Shown here: positions 7,605 through 16,019 of the stretch, one piece after another
Numbering within the stretch: position 1 is the first letter of the stretch
How the letters are laid out: every line of letters starts with the position of its first letter
Assembly (NCBI GenBank): GCA_965656495.1
Contig: CBFHKU010000017.1
Span: 1 to 20,526, forward strand
DNA: 20,526 nt
Direction: 5' to 3'
DNA from: Coraliomargaritaceae bacterium
GTDB lineage: Bacteria > Verrucomicrobiota > Verrucomicrobiia > Opitutales > Coraliomargaritaceae
Notes under the pieces: model-generated
What the model saw: only the letters and a program-made list of their open reading frames with translations
What the model was told of the DNA's origin: nothing
The model's database searches: none
Made by a program: the position numbers and the translations under genes

Positions 7605-10600
7605 ATGACCAAATCTATTTATAACTGCTGTTCAGGAGCCGTATCAGAGGGCGGATTTAACCGGCGAACCTTTATCAAGGGCACTGGTGTGGGCTGTTTG
7701 GCACTAGCACTTAGCGGAAAGCCGTTGTCGATGATGGCGGGGCCTTTTGAGCCAGAAGATTTTGAGAAGCTGATTCCAGCGGACAAGAAACTGAGCGCTG
7801 CCTGGTTGCGTTCGCTCGTGGAGCGGAGCGAACCGGAATGGTTTAGCGGAGAGGATCTGAAACACATCGGCATGCCGGTGGGCGGGATCTGCTGCGGCCA
7901 AGTTTACCTGTCCGGTGACGGCCGTTTGTGGCACTGGGATATCTTCAACCAAGGGGTCAGAACCGCCACGAACGGGCCGCATTACAAGAACCCCATGCCA
8001 ACCGAAGATAGTATCGGTCTCGGTTTCGCGCTTCGTACGCGGTCCGAAGGTAAGGAGGCGGTTCGGGCACTGGATCGCAGCGGATTCTCAGACATCCGCT
8101 TTCGCGGGGCGTATCCGATGGGATTCGTGAACTACGCCGACGACGCTTGCCCGGTGGACGTATCCCTCGAAGCCTTTTCGCCGTTCTGCCCCCTGGAGGT
8201 CGACGACTCGTCGCTGCCGCTGACGGTGATGCGCTACACCCTGCGGAACAAATCCACAGAGCCAGTCGAAGTTTCGCTGGCAGGTCGCTTGCCCAATCCC
8301 GTCCTTCAATATTCCGGGCTTGATCGGGGTGCCGAGTTTGTCAACACGCATAGCCGCCGCAACGGCGCCACGTATGTGCACTATACGGTTGGCGCAAATG
8401 CTGAGGGGCCCGTTGCCGAAGCCCGACCGGATGTGGTGTTCGAGGATTTTGAATCGGAGTCGTACGAGAACTGGACGGTGGAAGGCACGGCCTTCGGCGA
8501 GGGACCCGTGCTTGCAGCCCAGCTGCCCAAATACCAGGGGAAGGTGGGCGCGAAAGGCAAACGGCTGGTGAACTCCCATAACACCCGCAAGGGGAAGAGT
8601 GCCGGCAAGGGCGATGCGGACGTCGGCGTGATGACCTCCAAGCCCTTTACCATTGAGCGACGTTATATTCACGCCCTGGTCGGTGGCGGTGCGAATTTAA
8701 AGCGCGTCTCATTGCAGCTCCTGATTGGAGACCGGGTTGTGGCCAAGCTGGCAGGGAAGAATAAGAACGCCATGACGCAAGAGTCCTTCGTCGTCGCGAA
8801 ATATGAAGGCCAGACCGCCCGCCTGCGCATTGTGGATTCCTCGACAGGAAGCTGGGGCAATATCGGGGTAGACCACATTGTCTTTTCGGATCAGAGCGCA
8901 AATGCAAATGAGCCGCTGGAGCAGCGTGCGGATATGGGCGACATGACGCTGGCCGTTTTGGATGCCGGAGAGGGCGTCTTCGGCGCTGCAGAGGTGCCCG
9001 ACGGCGGAAGCGACCCGTACTTTGAGGCAGGTGCTGAGACCTCCCGCAGCGCCACCCAGGACCGCCCCGTTGGCGTGGTCGGCAAGACCCTCTCGCTGCA
9101 GGCGGGTGAGGAAGCCACCGTCAGCTTTGCCGTCGCATGGCGTTTCCCGAACCAGCGTATGCCGATCGCTAATGTCAAGGATCAGGGCCACTATTACGCC
9201 AAGCGCTTCCCGTCCAGCCTGGCGGTGGTCACGCAGCATGCCGCCGAGCACGATGCCGCTTATGCGCGTACCCGTCTTTGGCACGACACCTGGTATGATT
9301 CGACCTTGCCGCACTGGCTGCTGGACCGGACCTTCGTCAATACCTCGATTCTTGCCAGCGGCACCTGTCTGCGCTTCGAAAGCGGTCGGCTTTGGGGATG
9401 GGAAGGGGTCGGGTGCTGTGCCGGCACCTGTTCACACGTCTGGCACTATGGTCAGTCGATCGGGCGTGTCTTTCCGGAACTGGAGCGCATCGTGCGTGAG
9501 CGCGTGGACTATGGCGTCGCATATCAGCCGGACGGCCGGATCTTTTATCGCGGCGAATGGCAGAAAGCTGCACACGAGGCGATTGATGGACAGTGCGGGA
9601 CCATCCTGCGCGTCTACCGTGAGCACACCATGTCGGGCGATGACGCGTTTTTGCGTCGCATCTGGCCCCGCGTGAAGGGATCCATCGAATTTTTGATCCG
9701 TGAGGACGGGGACGGCAACGGAGTGCTGGAGGGTAAACAGATGAATACCCTGGACAGCGCCTGGTACGGGCCGATCAGCTGGATCAGCTCACTGTACCTG
9801 GCGACGCTGCGGGCGGGCGCCGAGATGGCGGCCGAGATGGGCGACGACACCTTTGCCGCCAACTGCACGCAGATCGCGGACAAGGGAGGCAAAAAGCTGA
9901 CGGAGACCGTGTTTGACGGCGAGTACTACTACCATCGCCGCGATCCCGCGCATCCGGGTGCCATCGGGTCGGGTGTCGGTTGTCACATCGATCAGGTCTT
10001 TGGTCAGGGCTGGGCGTTTCAGCTCGGGCTCGATCGCGTGCTGCCGAAGGAGGAAACCGTGACGGCGCTGAAATCGCTGTGGCGCTACAACTTTACCCCC
10101 GACGTTGGGCCGTATCGTGCGGCTTACAATCGGGGTCGTTGGTATGCTGTTGCGGGGGAAGCCGGCCTGATTATGTGCACCTTTCCGAAGGGTGGCATGA
10201 AAGAAGCGGGCGGCGGCACGGCAGGGAAGGGCTTCGCGGGCTACTTTAACGAGTGCATGACCGGATTCGAATATCAGGCCGCCGGGCACATGGTGGCTGA
10301 AGGCCTCGTCGAGGAGGGCTTGGCGGTGACCCGGGCGATCCATGACCGCTACCATCCATCACGCCGCAATCCCTACAACGAGATTGAGTGCGGCGATCAC
10401 TACGCCCGCGCCATGGCGAGTCACGGTGTTTTCATCAGCCTCTGCGGCTTTGAGCACCATGGCCCGAAGGGGCACATTGCGTTTGCGCCGCGCCTTACAC
10501 CGGAGGATTTCAGTGCTCCGTTCATCACCGCGGAAGGCTGGGGAACCTTTGCGCAATCACGTCAGGGTAGCAGGCAGACTGAGACCCTGGATCTTCGTTA

Positions 10601-10793
10601 TGGGCAGCTGAAGCTTGAGCAACTGAGCTTTGCCGTACCGAAGGGAAAAAAAGCCCGCCAGGTGCAGGTGACGTTGGGCGATGTCGCACTGGATGCGAAA
10701 TCGCGCATGTCGGGGGATCGGGTTGTTGTTAAGTTGGCCGATGCTGTTACGGTGCCGGCCGGCCAGTCGATCGAGGTTCAAATTCAAATCTAG
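7605..10793 (+). CDS. Tat-exported GH116-like (non-lysosomal glucosylceramidase family) glycoside hydrolase with inserted beta-sandwich domain
   Basis: ATG 7605 after AAGGA; Tat motif FNRRTFIKG; IGMPVGGICCG..WDIFN, EAFSPF..SSLP, WGWEG..CC.G.C.HVWHY, NTLD, FDGEYY, NPYNEIECG.HYARAM motifs typical of bacterial GH116; 1062 aa. Confidence 0.85.
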   Translation: MTKSIYNCCSGAVSEGGFNRRTFIKGTGVGCLALALSGKPLSMMAGPFEPEDFEKLIPADKKLSAAWLRSLVERSEPEWFSGEDLKHIGMPVGGICCGQVYLSGDGRLWHWDIFNQGVRTATNGPHYKNPMPTEDSIGLGFALRTRSEGKEAVRALDRSGFSDIRFRGAYPMGFVNYADDACPVDVSLEAFSPFCPLEVDDSSLPLTVMRYTLRNKSTEPVEVSLAGRLPNPVLQYSGLDRGAEFVNTHSRRNGATYVHYTVGANAEGPVAEARPDVVFEDFESESYENWTVEGTAFGEGPVLAAQLPKYQGKVGAKGKRLVNSHNTRKGKSAGKGDADVGVMTSKPFTIERRYIHALVGGGANLKRVSLQLLIGDRVVAKLAGKNKNAMTQESFVVAKYEGQTARLRIVDSSTGSWGNIGVDHIVFSDQSANANEPLEQRADMGDMTLAVLDAGEGVFGAAEVPDGGSDPYFEAGAETSRSATQDRPVGVVGKTLSLQAGEEATVSFAVAWRFPNQRMPIANVKDQGHYYAKRFPSSLAVVTQHAAEHDAAYARTRLWHDTWYDSTLPHWLLDRTFVNTSILASGTCLRFESGRLWGWEGVGCCAGTCSHVWHYGQSIGRVFPELERIVRERVDYGVAYQPDGRIFYRGEWQKAAHEAIDGQCGTILRVYREHTMSGDDAFLRRIWPRVKGSIEFLIREDGDGNGVLEGKQMNTLDSAWYGPISWISSLYLATLRAGAEMAAEMGDDTFAANCTQIADKGGKKLTETVFDGEYYYHRRDPAHPGAIGSGVGCHIDQVFGQGWAFQLGLDRVLPKEETVTALKSLWRYNFTPDVGPYRAAYNRGRWYAVAGEAGLIMCTFPKGGMKEAGGGTAGKGFAGYFNECMTGFEYQAAGHMVAEGLVEEGLAVTRAIHDRYHPSRRNPYNEIECGDHYARAMASHGVFISLCGFEHHGPKGHIAFAPRLTPEDFSAPFITAEGWGTFAQSRQGSRQTETLDLRYGQLKLEQLSFAVPKGKKARQVQVTLGDVALDAKSRMSGDRVVVKLADAVTVPAGQSIEVQIQI

Positions 10794-10806
10794 CAGGAAT
10801 CATAGA

Positions 10807-11343
10807 ATGAAAATACAAAGTCAGTTCATTACGATAGCATTGGCATGCATGTGCATGGCTTCCCAGTTACAGGCAGACTGGAAAAGGGATCTCTCGGAGC
10901 AACTGCCCTTGCTCGGTCATCGCAACTGGGTGGTCGTCGCCGATTCTGCCTATCCGCTGCAAACAGCGCCTGGCATTGAAACCATTTATGTGGGTGGGGA
11001 TCATGTGGGCGTGGTGAGTGATGTGCTCGAATTACTTAAAGCCCAGAAGCATGTGCGACCGGTGATTTTTATCGATTCGGAATTGGAGCATGTCGATGAG
11101 GCAGATGCTCCAGGGATTGACGCGGTGCGCAAGGAGTTAACGTCGCTGCTGAAGAGCCGAGCGGCGCAAAGCTTGGCGCATGAAGCCATCATCAAGCAAC
11201 TCGACGAAGCGGGGGAAAGCTTTAAGGTGGTGATCATTAAAACCGATCTCGTGCTACCCTATACCTCGGTGTTTATCCGCCTCGATTGTGGCTTCTGGAG
11301 CGGGGAAGCGGAATCCAAGCTGCGCGACTCAATGGAGCAATAA
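10807..11343 (+). CDS. RbsD/FucU-like (pyranase/mutarotase fold) protein with signal peptide
   Basis: ATG 10807 after AGGA; LGHRNWVVVADSAYP resembles the RbsD/FucU GH...ADxxxP motif; C-terminal IIKT...PY also family-like; 178 aa. Confidence 0.65.
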   Translation: MKIQSQFITIALACMCMASQLQADWKRDLSEQLPLLGHRNWVVVADSAYPLQTAPGIETIYVGGDHVGVVSDVLELLKAQKHVRPVIFIDSELEHVDEADAPGIDAVRKELTSLLKSRAAQSLAHEAIIKQLDEAGESFKVVIIKTDLVLPYTSVFIRLDCGFWSGEAESKLRDSMEQ

Positions 11344-11377
11344 GAAATAAAGCCTGATGTGCAAATCCCGGATATCC

Positions 11378-12250
11378 ATGAACCAGACCTTGGCAACGGC
11401 TTTGACCCTCATGGTCTGTTTGAGTCCGGCGTGGGCCAAAAAGGAAGCCGCTCCACCGGAATTTTTTCCGCGCTATAAAACAGATGGACTTGTCCCGAAG
11501 TATACCGGCGAGCCCTTGCCCAACATTGTTATTTTTCTGGTGGATGACATGGGCGTGATGGATACCTCGGTCGCAATGCTCACCGACGGAAAGGGAAACC
11601 CGAAACGTTACCGGTTAAATGATTTCAATCGGACCCCGTCGATGGAGCGTCTCGCTGAACAAGGGATCCGCTTTGAAACCTTTTGCGCGCAGATCAACTG
11701 CTCGCCGAGCCGCGTCTCGATTCTCACCGGACAGAATGCCTCGCGCCATCGAACCACGAAATATATTATGCTGCCTCACCGCATCGATAAAGCGATGGGG
11801 GAGTTTGCACCGCAGGATTGGAACAAGCTGGGGATTACTGAAGAGATGTCGGTTATTCCTAAAGAGCTTAAGGCGAAAGGGTATCGCACGATCCATGTGG
11901 GCAAGGCACATTTGGGGCAGCAGGGAACCTATGGGGCGAATCCGCTCAATATCGGGTTTGATGTGAATGTTGCCGGTAGCTCCCGAGGCTTACCACATTC
12001 CTATCTGGGCGAAGAAAACTACGGCTGGCCTAGCAAGAACGGCGTGTTTGGCTTAGACGAATATCACGGAACCGACACCTTTCTGACTGAAGCGTTGACG
12101 CTGGAAACCAAAAAGGAAGTGAAACTTTGCGCGGAGGCGAACCATCCATTTTTCCTCCATTTATCGCATTATGCCGTGCATAGTCCTTACATGCTGGATA
12201 AGCGCTTTGCCGAACACTTTGCGGATTATTATTGGGATTTCACCAGCTAG
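11378..12250 (+). pseudogene. 3'-truncated S1 sulfatase (N-terminal part only)
   Basis: Signal peptide, FLVDDMG, CSPSR, GKAH and HYAVH present. Stops at about 290 aa without the SDNG metal-binding, EGG.RVP or LY.L regions; the next gene starts 36 nt later. Alternative start 11357. Confidence 0.8.
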
Positions 12251-12285
12251 ACAATTTCAGACCGTTCAGGATATGGACACCAGTG

Positions 12286-13665
12286 ATGATTAAAAGAAGT
12301 ATATTTGCGGTATGGAGCCTCTTGGTGGCTTCGGCCCTCCCCATGCAGGGAGAGATGGAAGTGTCGATTTGCCCAGCCATGACGGTGCAGCATAAAGGAG
12401 ATCAGGATGCGTTGTTTCGCGCTTATGAAGACTTATTTGTTAAGCGACTCGACGAGTGGCCATTCGTGTCGGGAAATATTGCTCAGTATAAATTCTATAT
12501 CACCCCCTTGGGTCGCCTGCTTCGAAGTAATCCTGAGCTGCTCGAAAAGATGGTTAAATCAATGTCTGCCATGGATATCGGAATCGGGATCGAGGTAGGC
12601 ATTCGACATGGTCATGAACGGTTGATTAAGGGATTCCTTGATCCGATCACCCAAATGGGCGGCCGGGTGGATTTTTTGGTAACGGACAATGTCTTCGTTA
12701 AATCGCAGCACCGCTTCCCGGAGGATTACACCTGGGAGTCGTATGAAGAAGCGGTTGAGGCCTACGCAACCTTTGTGGCCGGTATCAAAGCAAAATACCC
12801 GAAGATAAAAATCGGCATGATCGAGGCGGCCTTTCGTTTTTATTGGGAGGACCCGGAAAAATACCCTCCTGAGGAAGGGAAGCGAAAAAACTACGGGGAT
12901 TTCAGGAAGGTACTTGATGATGTGAACGCAGCTTGCGAGCGGAAAGGCGTGAAACTTGACATGCTTCAACCTGAATATTCCTACAGCCGTATTGAGGCGA
13001 CCCCGAACGGCTGGGAGAAGCTGAAGGCAATGGAGACTTATTGCTACGAGCGGGACATGGATTTTATTTTCCTGTTCAATGACCACGAAGGTGGCACGCA
13101 GTCGGATCAGAAGTTTCATGAAAATGTGATCCATTGCCTGAATGAAGTTCAGCAAAAAGGCTTAAATCCAAGCATGGGTACACTTCAGTCATGGTATCCA
13201 CACCCCAAAGAGGAGCTTCCGGAAACGAAGTCTCACACCTTTACGCATTTGGCCAAGGAATTTATTGAGATTAACAAGAACGGTCAATGGAGCGGCTCAA
13301 CCCGGCGTCCATCAGTTGACTTAGTTGATCAGAATGGCAGAGTGCTAAAATGTAAGATCCTATCGGTAGGCAGTAGCGATGTTCAGGTGCAGCGGCTTCA
13401 AGATGGAAAACAAGTGATAGTGCCGCTCAATGTTTTATCCTCTGAAAGTGTGGACCTGCTCAAGGCATGGGCGGCTGATAATAAGACTATGCAAGCGACT
13501 TTGGTAGAGCTCGTAGATAAAAAGAACCGTTTGATGCAATGCGTGATTCTTATGGCAGGCGACGATTATGTTCAAGTTAAGCACGCTACGACCGGCAAGA
13601 TCTGGAAAATCCCGTTATGGACCTTGTCTGAAGAAAGCGTCGCGAAGGTCAAAGCGCTGAAGTGA
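12286..13665 (+). CDS. Secreted hypothetical protein: putative TIM-barrel-like N-domain plus two SHD1-like C-terminal repeats
   Basis: Signal peptide MIKRSIFAVWSLLVASA; alternating strand/helix pattern; repeats VDLVDQNGR..VQVQR..GK...VPL..LSSES and VELVDKKNR..VQVKH..GK...IPL..LSEES; 459 aa. Confidence 0.75.
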   Translation: MIKRSIFAVWSLLVASALPMQGEMEVSICPAMTVQHKGDQDALFRAYEDLFVKRLDEWPFVSGNIAQYKFYITPLGRLLRSNPELLEKMVKSMSAMDIGIGIEVGIRHGHERLIKGFLDPITQMGGRVDFLVTDNVFVKSQHRFPEDYTWESYEEAVEAYATFVAGIKAKYPKIKIGMIEAAFRFYWEDPEKYPPEEGKRKNYGDFRKVLDDVNAACERKGVKLDMLQPEYSYSRIEATPNGWEKLKAMETYCYERDMDFIFLFNDHEGGTQSDQKFHENVIHCLNEVQQKGLNPSMGTLQSWYPHPKEELPETKSHTFTHLAKEFIEINKNGQWSGSTRRPSVDLVDQNGRVLKCKILSVGSSDVQVQRLQDGKQVIVPLNVLSSESVDLLKAWAADNKTMQATLVELVDKKNRLMQCVILMAGDDYVQVKHATTGKIWKIPLWTLSEESVAKVKALK

Positions 13666-13824
13666 TAGACCTTCGGGAAATGCCGAGCTGAGCGATTATT
13701 TTAGACGCTGCTTGAATGGTACCCACTCGCCAACCAATAGCATGTGTGCCAGTGATACCATTATAGGGGTATGAAAGTGGGAAGGTGGCAAAGTTGCTCT
13801 GTGGGAAGGTCTTTTCCCCGAGAG

Positions 13825-13851
13825 CTCTGCGTTTACTTTTTTAACGCAGAG
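13825..13851. repeat. Perfect 9-bp inverted repeat (hairpin) between convergent genes; REP-like or terminator-like
   Basis: CTCTGCGTT (13825-13833) / AACGCAGAG (13843-13851), 9-nt loop; no flanking U-tract. Confidence 0.5.
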
Positions 13852-14027
13852 AAGACAAAGAAAGTCGCGTACTTTGATTCTCTTTGATCACTTTAAACGT
13901 GTAGGAACGAAGTGTGCTCACGTATTCCTATTATTTCTGTTATTTGTGTGCCTTGAAGGGTGAAGACGCTTGTCTGACCACAGGGTGGTGACTTGTACGT
14001 CGGGATAAATTGAAGACGTTATGTCCT

Positions 14028-15050
14028 TTAGCGCTCGGCCGCAGACTTTACTTGAAGCATTGCCTCAAGGATACGATCCCAGGTGTCAGGGCTTTTCAGG
14101 GTTGCGTTCGGGAACATGCAACCATCCCAGCAGATATGTTGAATGTTGTTTCGAATTTGGCCGTTTTCATCGAGGAGCCAGGCGAGGGCACACCGAGTGA
14201 TGTCCAATTTGCCATCAGCGGCATCGGCGGGACAATGCCGCCCGGTTTTGTCGTGGCTGCCGCTACCAAATATAGTTCCGTCGCTCTGTGCGACATGGAA
14301 ATCAAACATCCAAGGGCCCAGCGCCTTCACCATCGTCTGGTAGGCATCCCAGAACGCGGCTTCATCGTAGCCGGGTTCGAGTAGTTTATGCTCAGGTGCA
14401 TTGACTCCGAGGAGGTATAGGTAGGTGTGCGCGAGGTCGGCCTGAAAGCCCACAACCTCTGGCTCGCCAACCGCTTCCAGTAGCTCGAGCATATACTTCC
14501 AGGAGTGCATGCCCGCCCAGCAAATTTCACCTTCGGCTGCCAATCGCTCGCCATGGTCGGCTGCAATCTTGCCGGCCTCTTTGAAGGTCTCGGCGATCTT
14601 GGCCGTGCCGCCTGCCGGATCTTTGGCCCAGTCTACCGGGGAGGTCGCCGAATCGATTCGGATACAGCCGTAGGAGCGGACCCCTTGTTGCTTGAGGATC
14701 TCTGCCGCGCGACAGGAAACCTTAATAGCATGGAGGAATTTCTCCTGGTCCGCCTTTGATCCCATGGCACTGGCTCCAAGGGTGCCCTCCCAAACCGGAG
14801 CCACCAGGCTCCCGACCTTGAGGCCGCGGGATTGAATCGATTCTGCTATGCGCAGGATTGCAGCATCGTCCCCTTCGATGTCGATATGCGGTGGTAACAA
14901 AAAGAGATCCACTCCATCAAACTTGGAACTTGCGATTTCCGCAGCGGTAGTAAGGTCGAGCATTTCGTCCAAACCAATTAAGGGTTCGCTGTCGGGGGCA
15001 CCTTTGCCTACCAGTCCAGGCCACATCGAGTTATGAAGTTGAAGCGTCAT
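14028..15050 (-). CDS. Sugar phosphate isomerase/epimerase family (xylose isomerase-like TIM barrel, AP_endonuc_2) protein
   Basis: [29 protein letters not shown] pattern matching the E/D/H metal-site positions of this fold; 340 aa. Confidence 0.8.
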   Translation of the reverse strand: MTLQLHNSMWPGLVGKGAPDSEPLIGLDEMLDLTTAAEIASSKFDGVDLFLLPPHIDIEGDDAAILRIAESIQSRGLKVGSLVAPVWEGTLGASAMGSKADQEKFLHAIKVSCRAAEILKQQGVRSYGCIRIDSATSPVDWAKDPAGGTAKIAETFKEAGKIAADHGERLAAEGEICWAGMHSWKYMLELLEAVGEPEVVGFQADLAHTYLYLLGVNAPEHKLLEPGYDEAAFWDAYQTMVKALGPWMFDFHVAQSDGTIFGSGSHDKTGRHCPADAADGKLDITRCALAWLLDENGQIRNNIQHICWDGCMFPNATLKSPDTWDRILEAMLQVKSAAER

Positions 15051-15082
15051 CGTGATTTCTATGGTTGAGTGTTATACGTAAT

Positions 15083-15150
15083 TCTCTAAGATATATCAAA
15101 ATATACAAAAGTGCTTGTATGGAATATGCGATATTTTGTATATTTCGGGC
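15083..15150 (-). promoter_or_regulatory. Divergent promoter/operator region with 12-bp inverted repeat and TTGTAT direct repeats 21 bp apart
   Basis: AAATATACAAAA (15099-15110) / TTTTGTATATTT (15134-15145); TTGTAT at 15115 and 15136; AT-rich, between divergent genes next to an AraC regulator. Confidence 0.6.
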
Positions 15151-15175
15151 GTTTGAAACCAGATCGTATTCACTC

Positions 15176-15931
15176 ATGGAACTGAGCAAAAGTCATCAAC
15201 AACTAAAATCCTTCCTCGAGGCAAATCAGGTCGTTGGTCTGGCGGAAGAGCTGTTTGAGCGCGTTCCTGACTTGCTGTTTTTTGTCAAGGACCGCCAGCG
15301 TCGCTTCGTTTATGTAAATCAAAGTTTATCCGACATGTTTGGACTCAACCGGAAAGCTGATATCATCGGTAAATACGATGCGGAATACTGTGACGATTAC
15401 GTGGAAAAAATGTTTAAGAAGGATGATGAAGCGATCCTAACCAAGGGGGTTCATATTCGGAACAAAATCGAACTCGTCACCACCATGAATGGGGTGCTCA
15501 AGTGGCATATTACCGACAAGATTCCACTTTATTCGCGGACGGGCGAGATCTGCGGCATCGCCGGTATCACCCGTGAATTTGAAGACGACCGGATCGCCGC
15601 ACACTGCGAGCATCTTGTGCTCGAGAAGGTGATTCGTTTTATAAACGAAAACTACTCTGAAGAACTTTCGACGGCGCGACTTGCCGGTATTGCGGGCTTA
15701 TCAATCAGTGCGCTCGGTCGGAATTTCAAAAAAACCTTTCACATAACCCCGGCACAATACATCAATCGCTATCGTGTTCAACAGGCCTGCCGCTTGTTGA
15801 GTCAATCCGACGTTTCGATGGCTAACATCGCGCATGATTGCGGCTTCTGCGATCAAAGTCATTTTAACCGGATTTTTCGTCAAATTATTCATGCGACGCC
15901 GGGATCCTACCGTAAGCGCTATCGAAGCTAA
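15176..15931 (+). CDS. AraC-family transcriptional regulator with N-terminal PAS domain
   Basis: FFVKD..RFVYVN...TDKIPL...GIAGITR (PAS_4-like); C-terminal double HTH LA..AGLS...FKK..TP..YI..R...A..LL...IA..CGF.DQSHF.R.F..TP..YR. ATG 15176 chosen; upstream extension overlaps the promoter. Confidence 0.92.
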   Translation: MELSKSHQQLKSFLEANQVVGLAEELFERVPDLLFFVKDRQRRFVYVNQSLSDMFGLNRKADIIGKYDAEYCDDYVEKMFKKDDEAILTKGVHIRNKIELVTTMNGVLKWHITDKIPLYSRTGEICGIAGITREFEDDRIAAHCEHLVLEKVIRFINENYSEELSTARLAGIAGLSISALGRNFKKTFHITPAQYINRYRVQQACRLLSQSDVSMANIAHDCGFCDQSHFNRIFRQIIHATPGSYRKRYRS

Positions 15932-15932
15932 A

Positions 15933-15998
15933 GCCGATATTATCCAAAAAATGGGCGCAACTGTTCTATAAGGCAGAAAGTGGAAATGCTATATTCTT
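15933..15998 (+). promoter_or_regulatory. Putative AraC-activated promoter for the oxidoreductase operon
   Basis: CCGATATTATCCAAAA..CGCAACTGTTCTATAAG-N17-TATATT resembles the minus-strand element upstream of the TIM-barrel gene. Confidence 0.45.
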
Positions 15999-16019
15999 CA
16001 CACTATAACTGCTTTAACT

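Noticed and set aside
9819..9840. Direct repeat GCCGAGATGG x2
   Set aside because: Encodes AEMAAEM in a helix of a GC-rich gene; two short copies only.
13666..14027. CRISPR array or tRNA in the intergenic region
   Set aside because: No repeat-spacer periodicity, no cloverleaf, no cas genes.
14010..14384. 124-aa + strand ORF
   Set aside because: Antisense to the TIM-barrel gene, TTG start, no motif support.
14028..15050. Specific gene symbols such as xylA, iolE, lgdA or manA for the right-hand block
   Set aside because: Only fold- or family-level similarity is recognisable; orthology cannot be established by eye.
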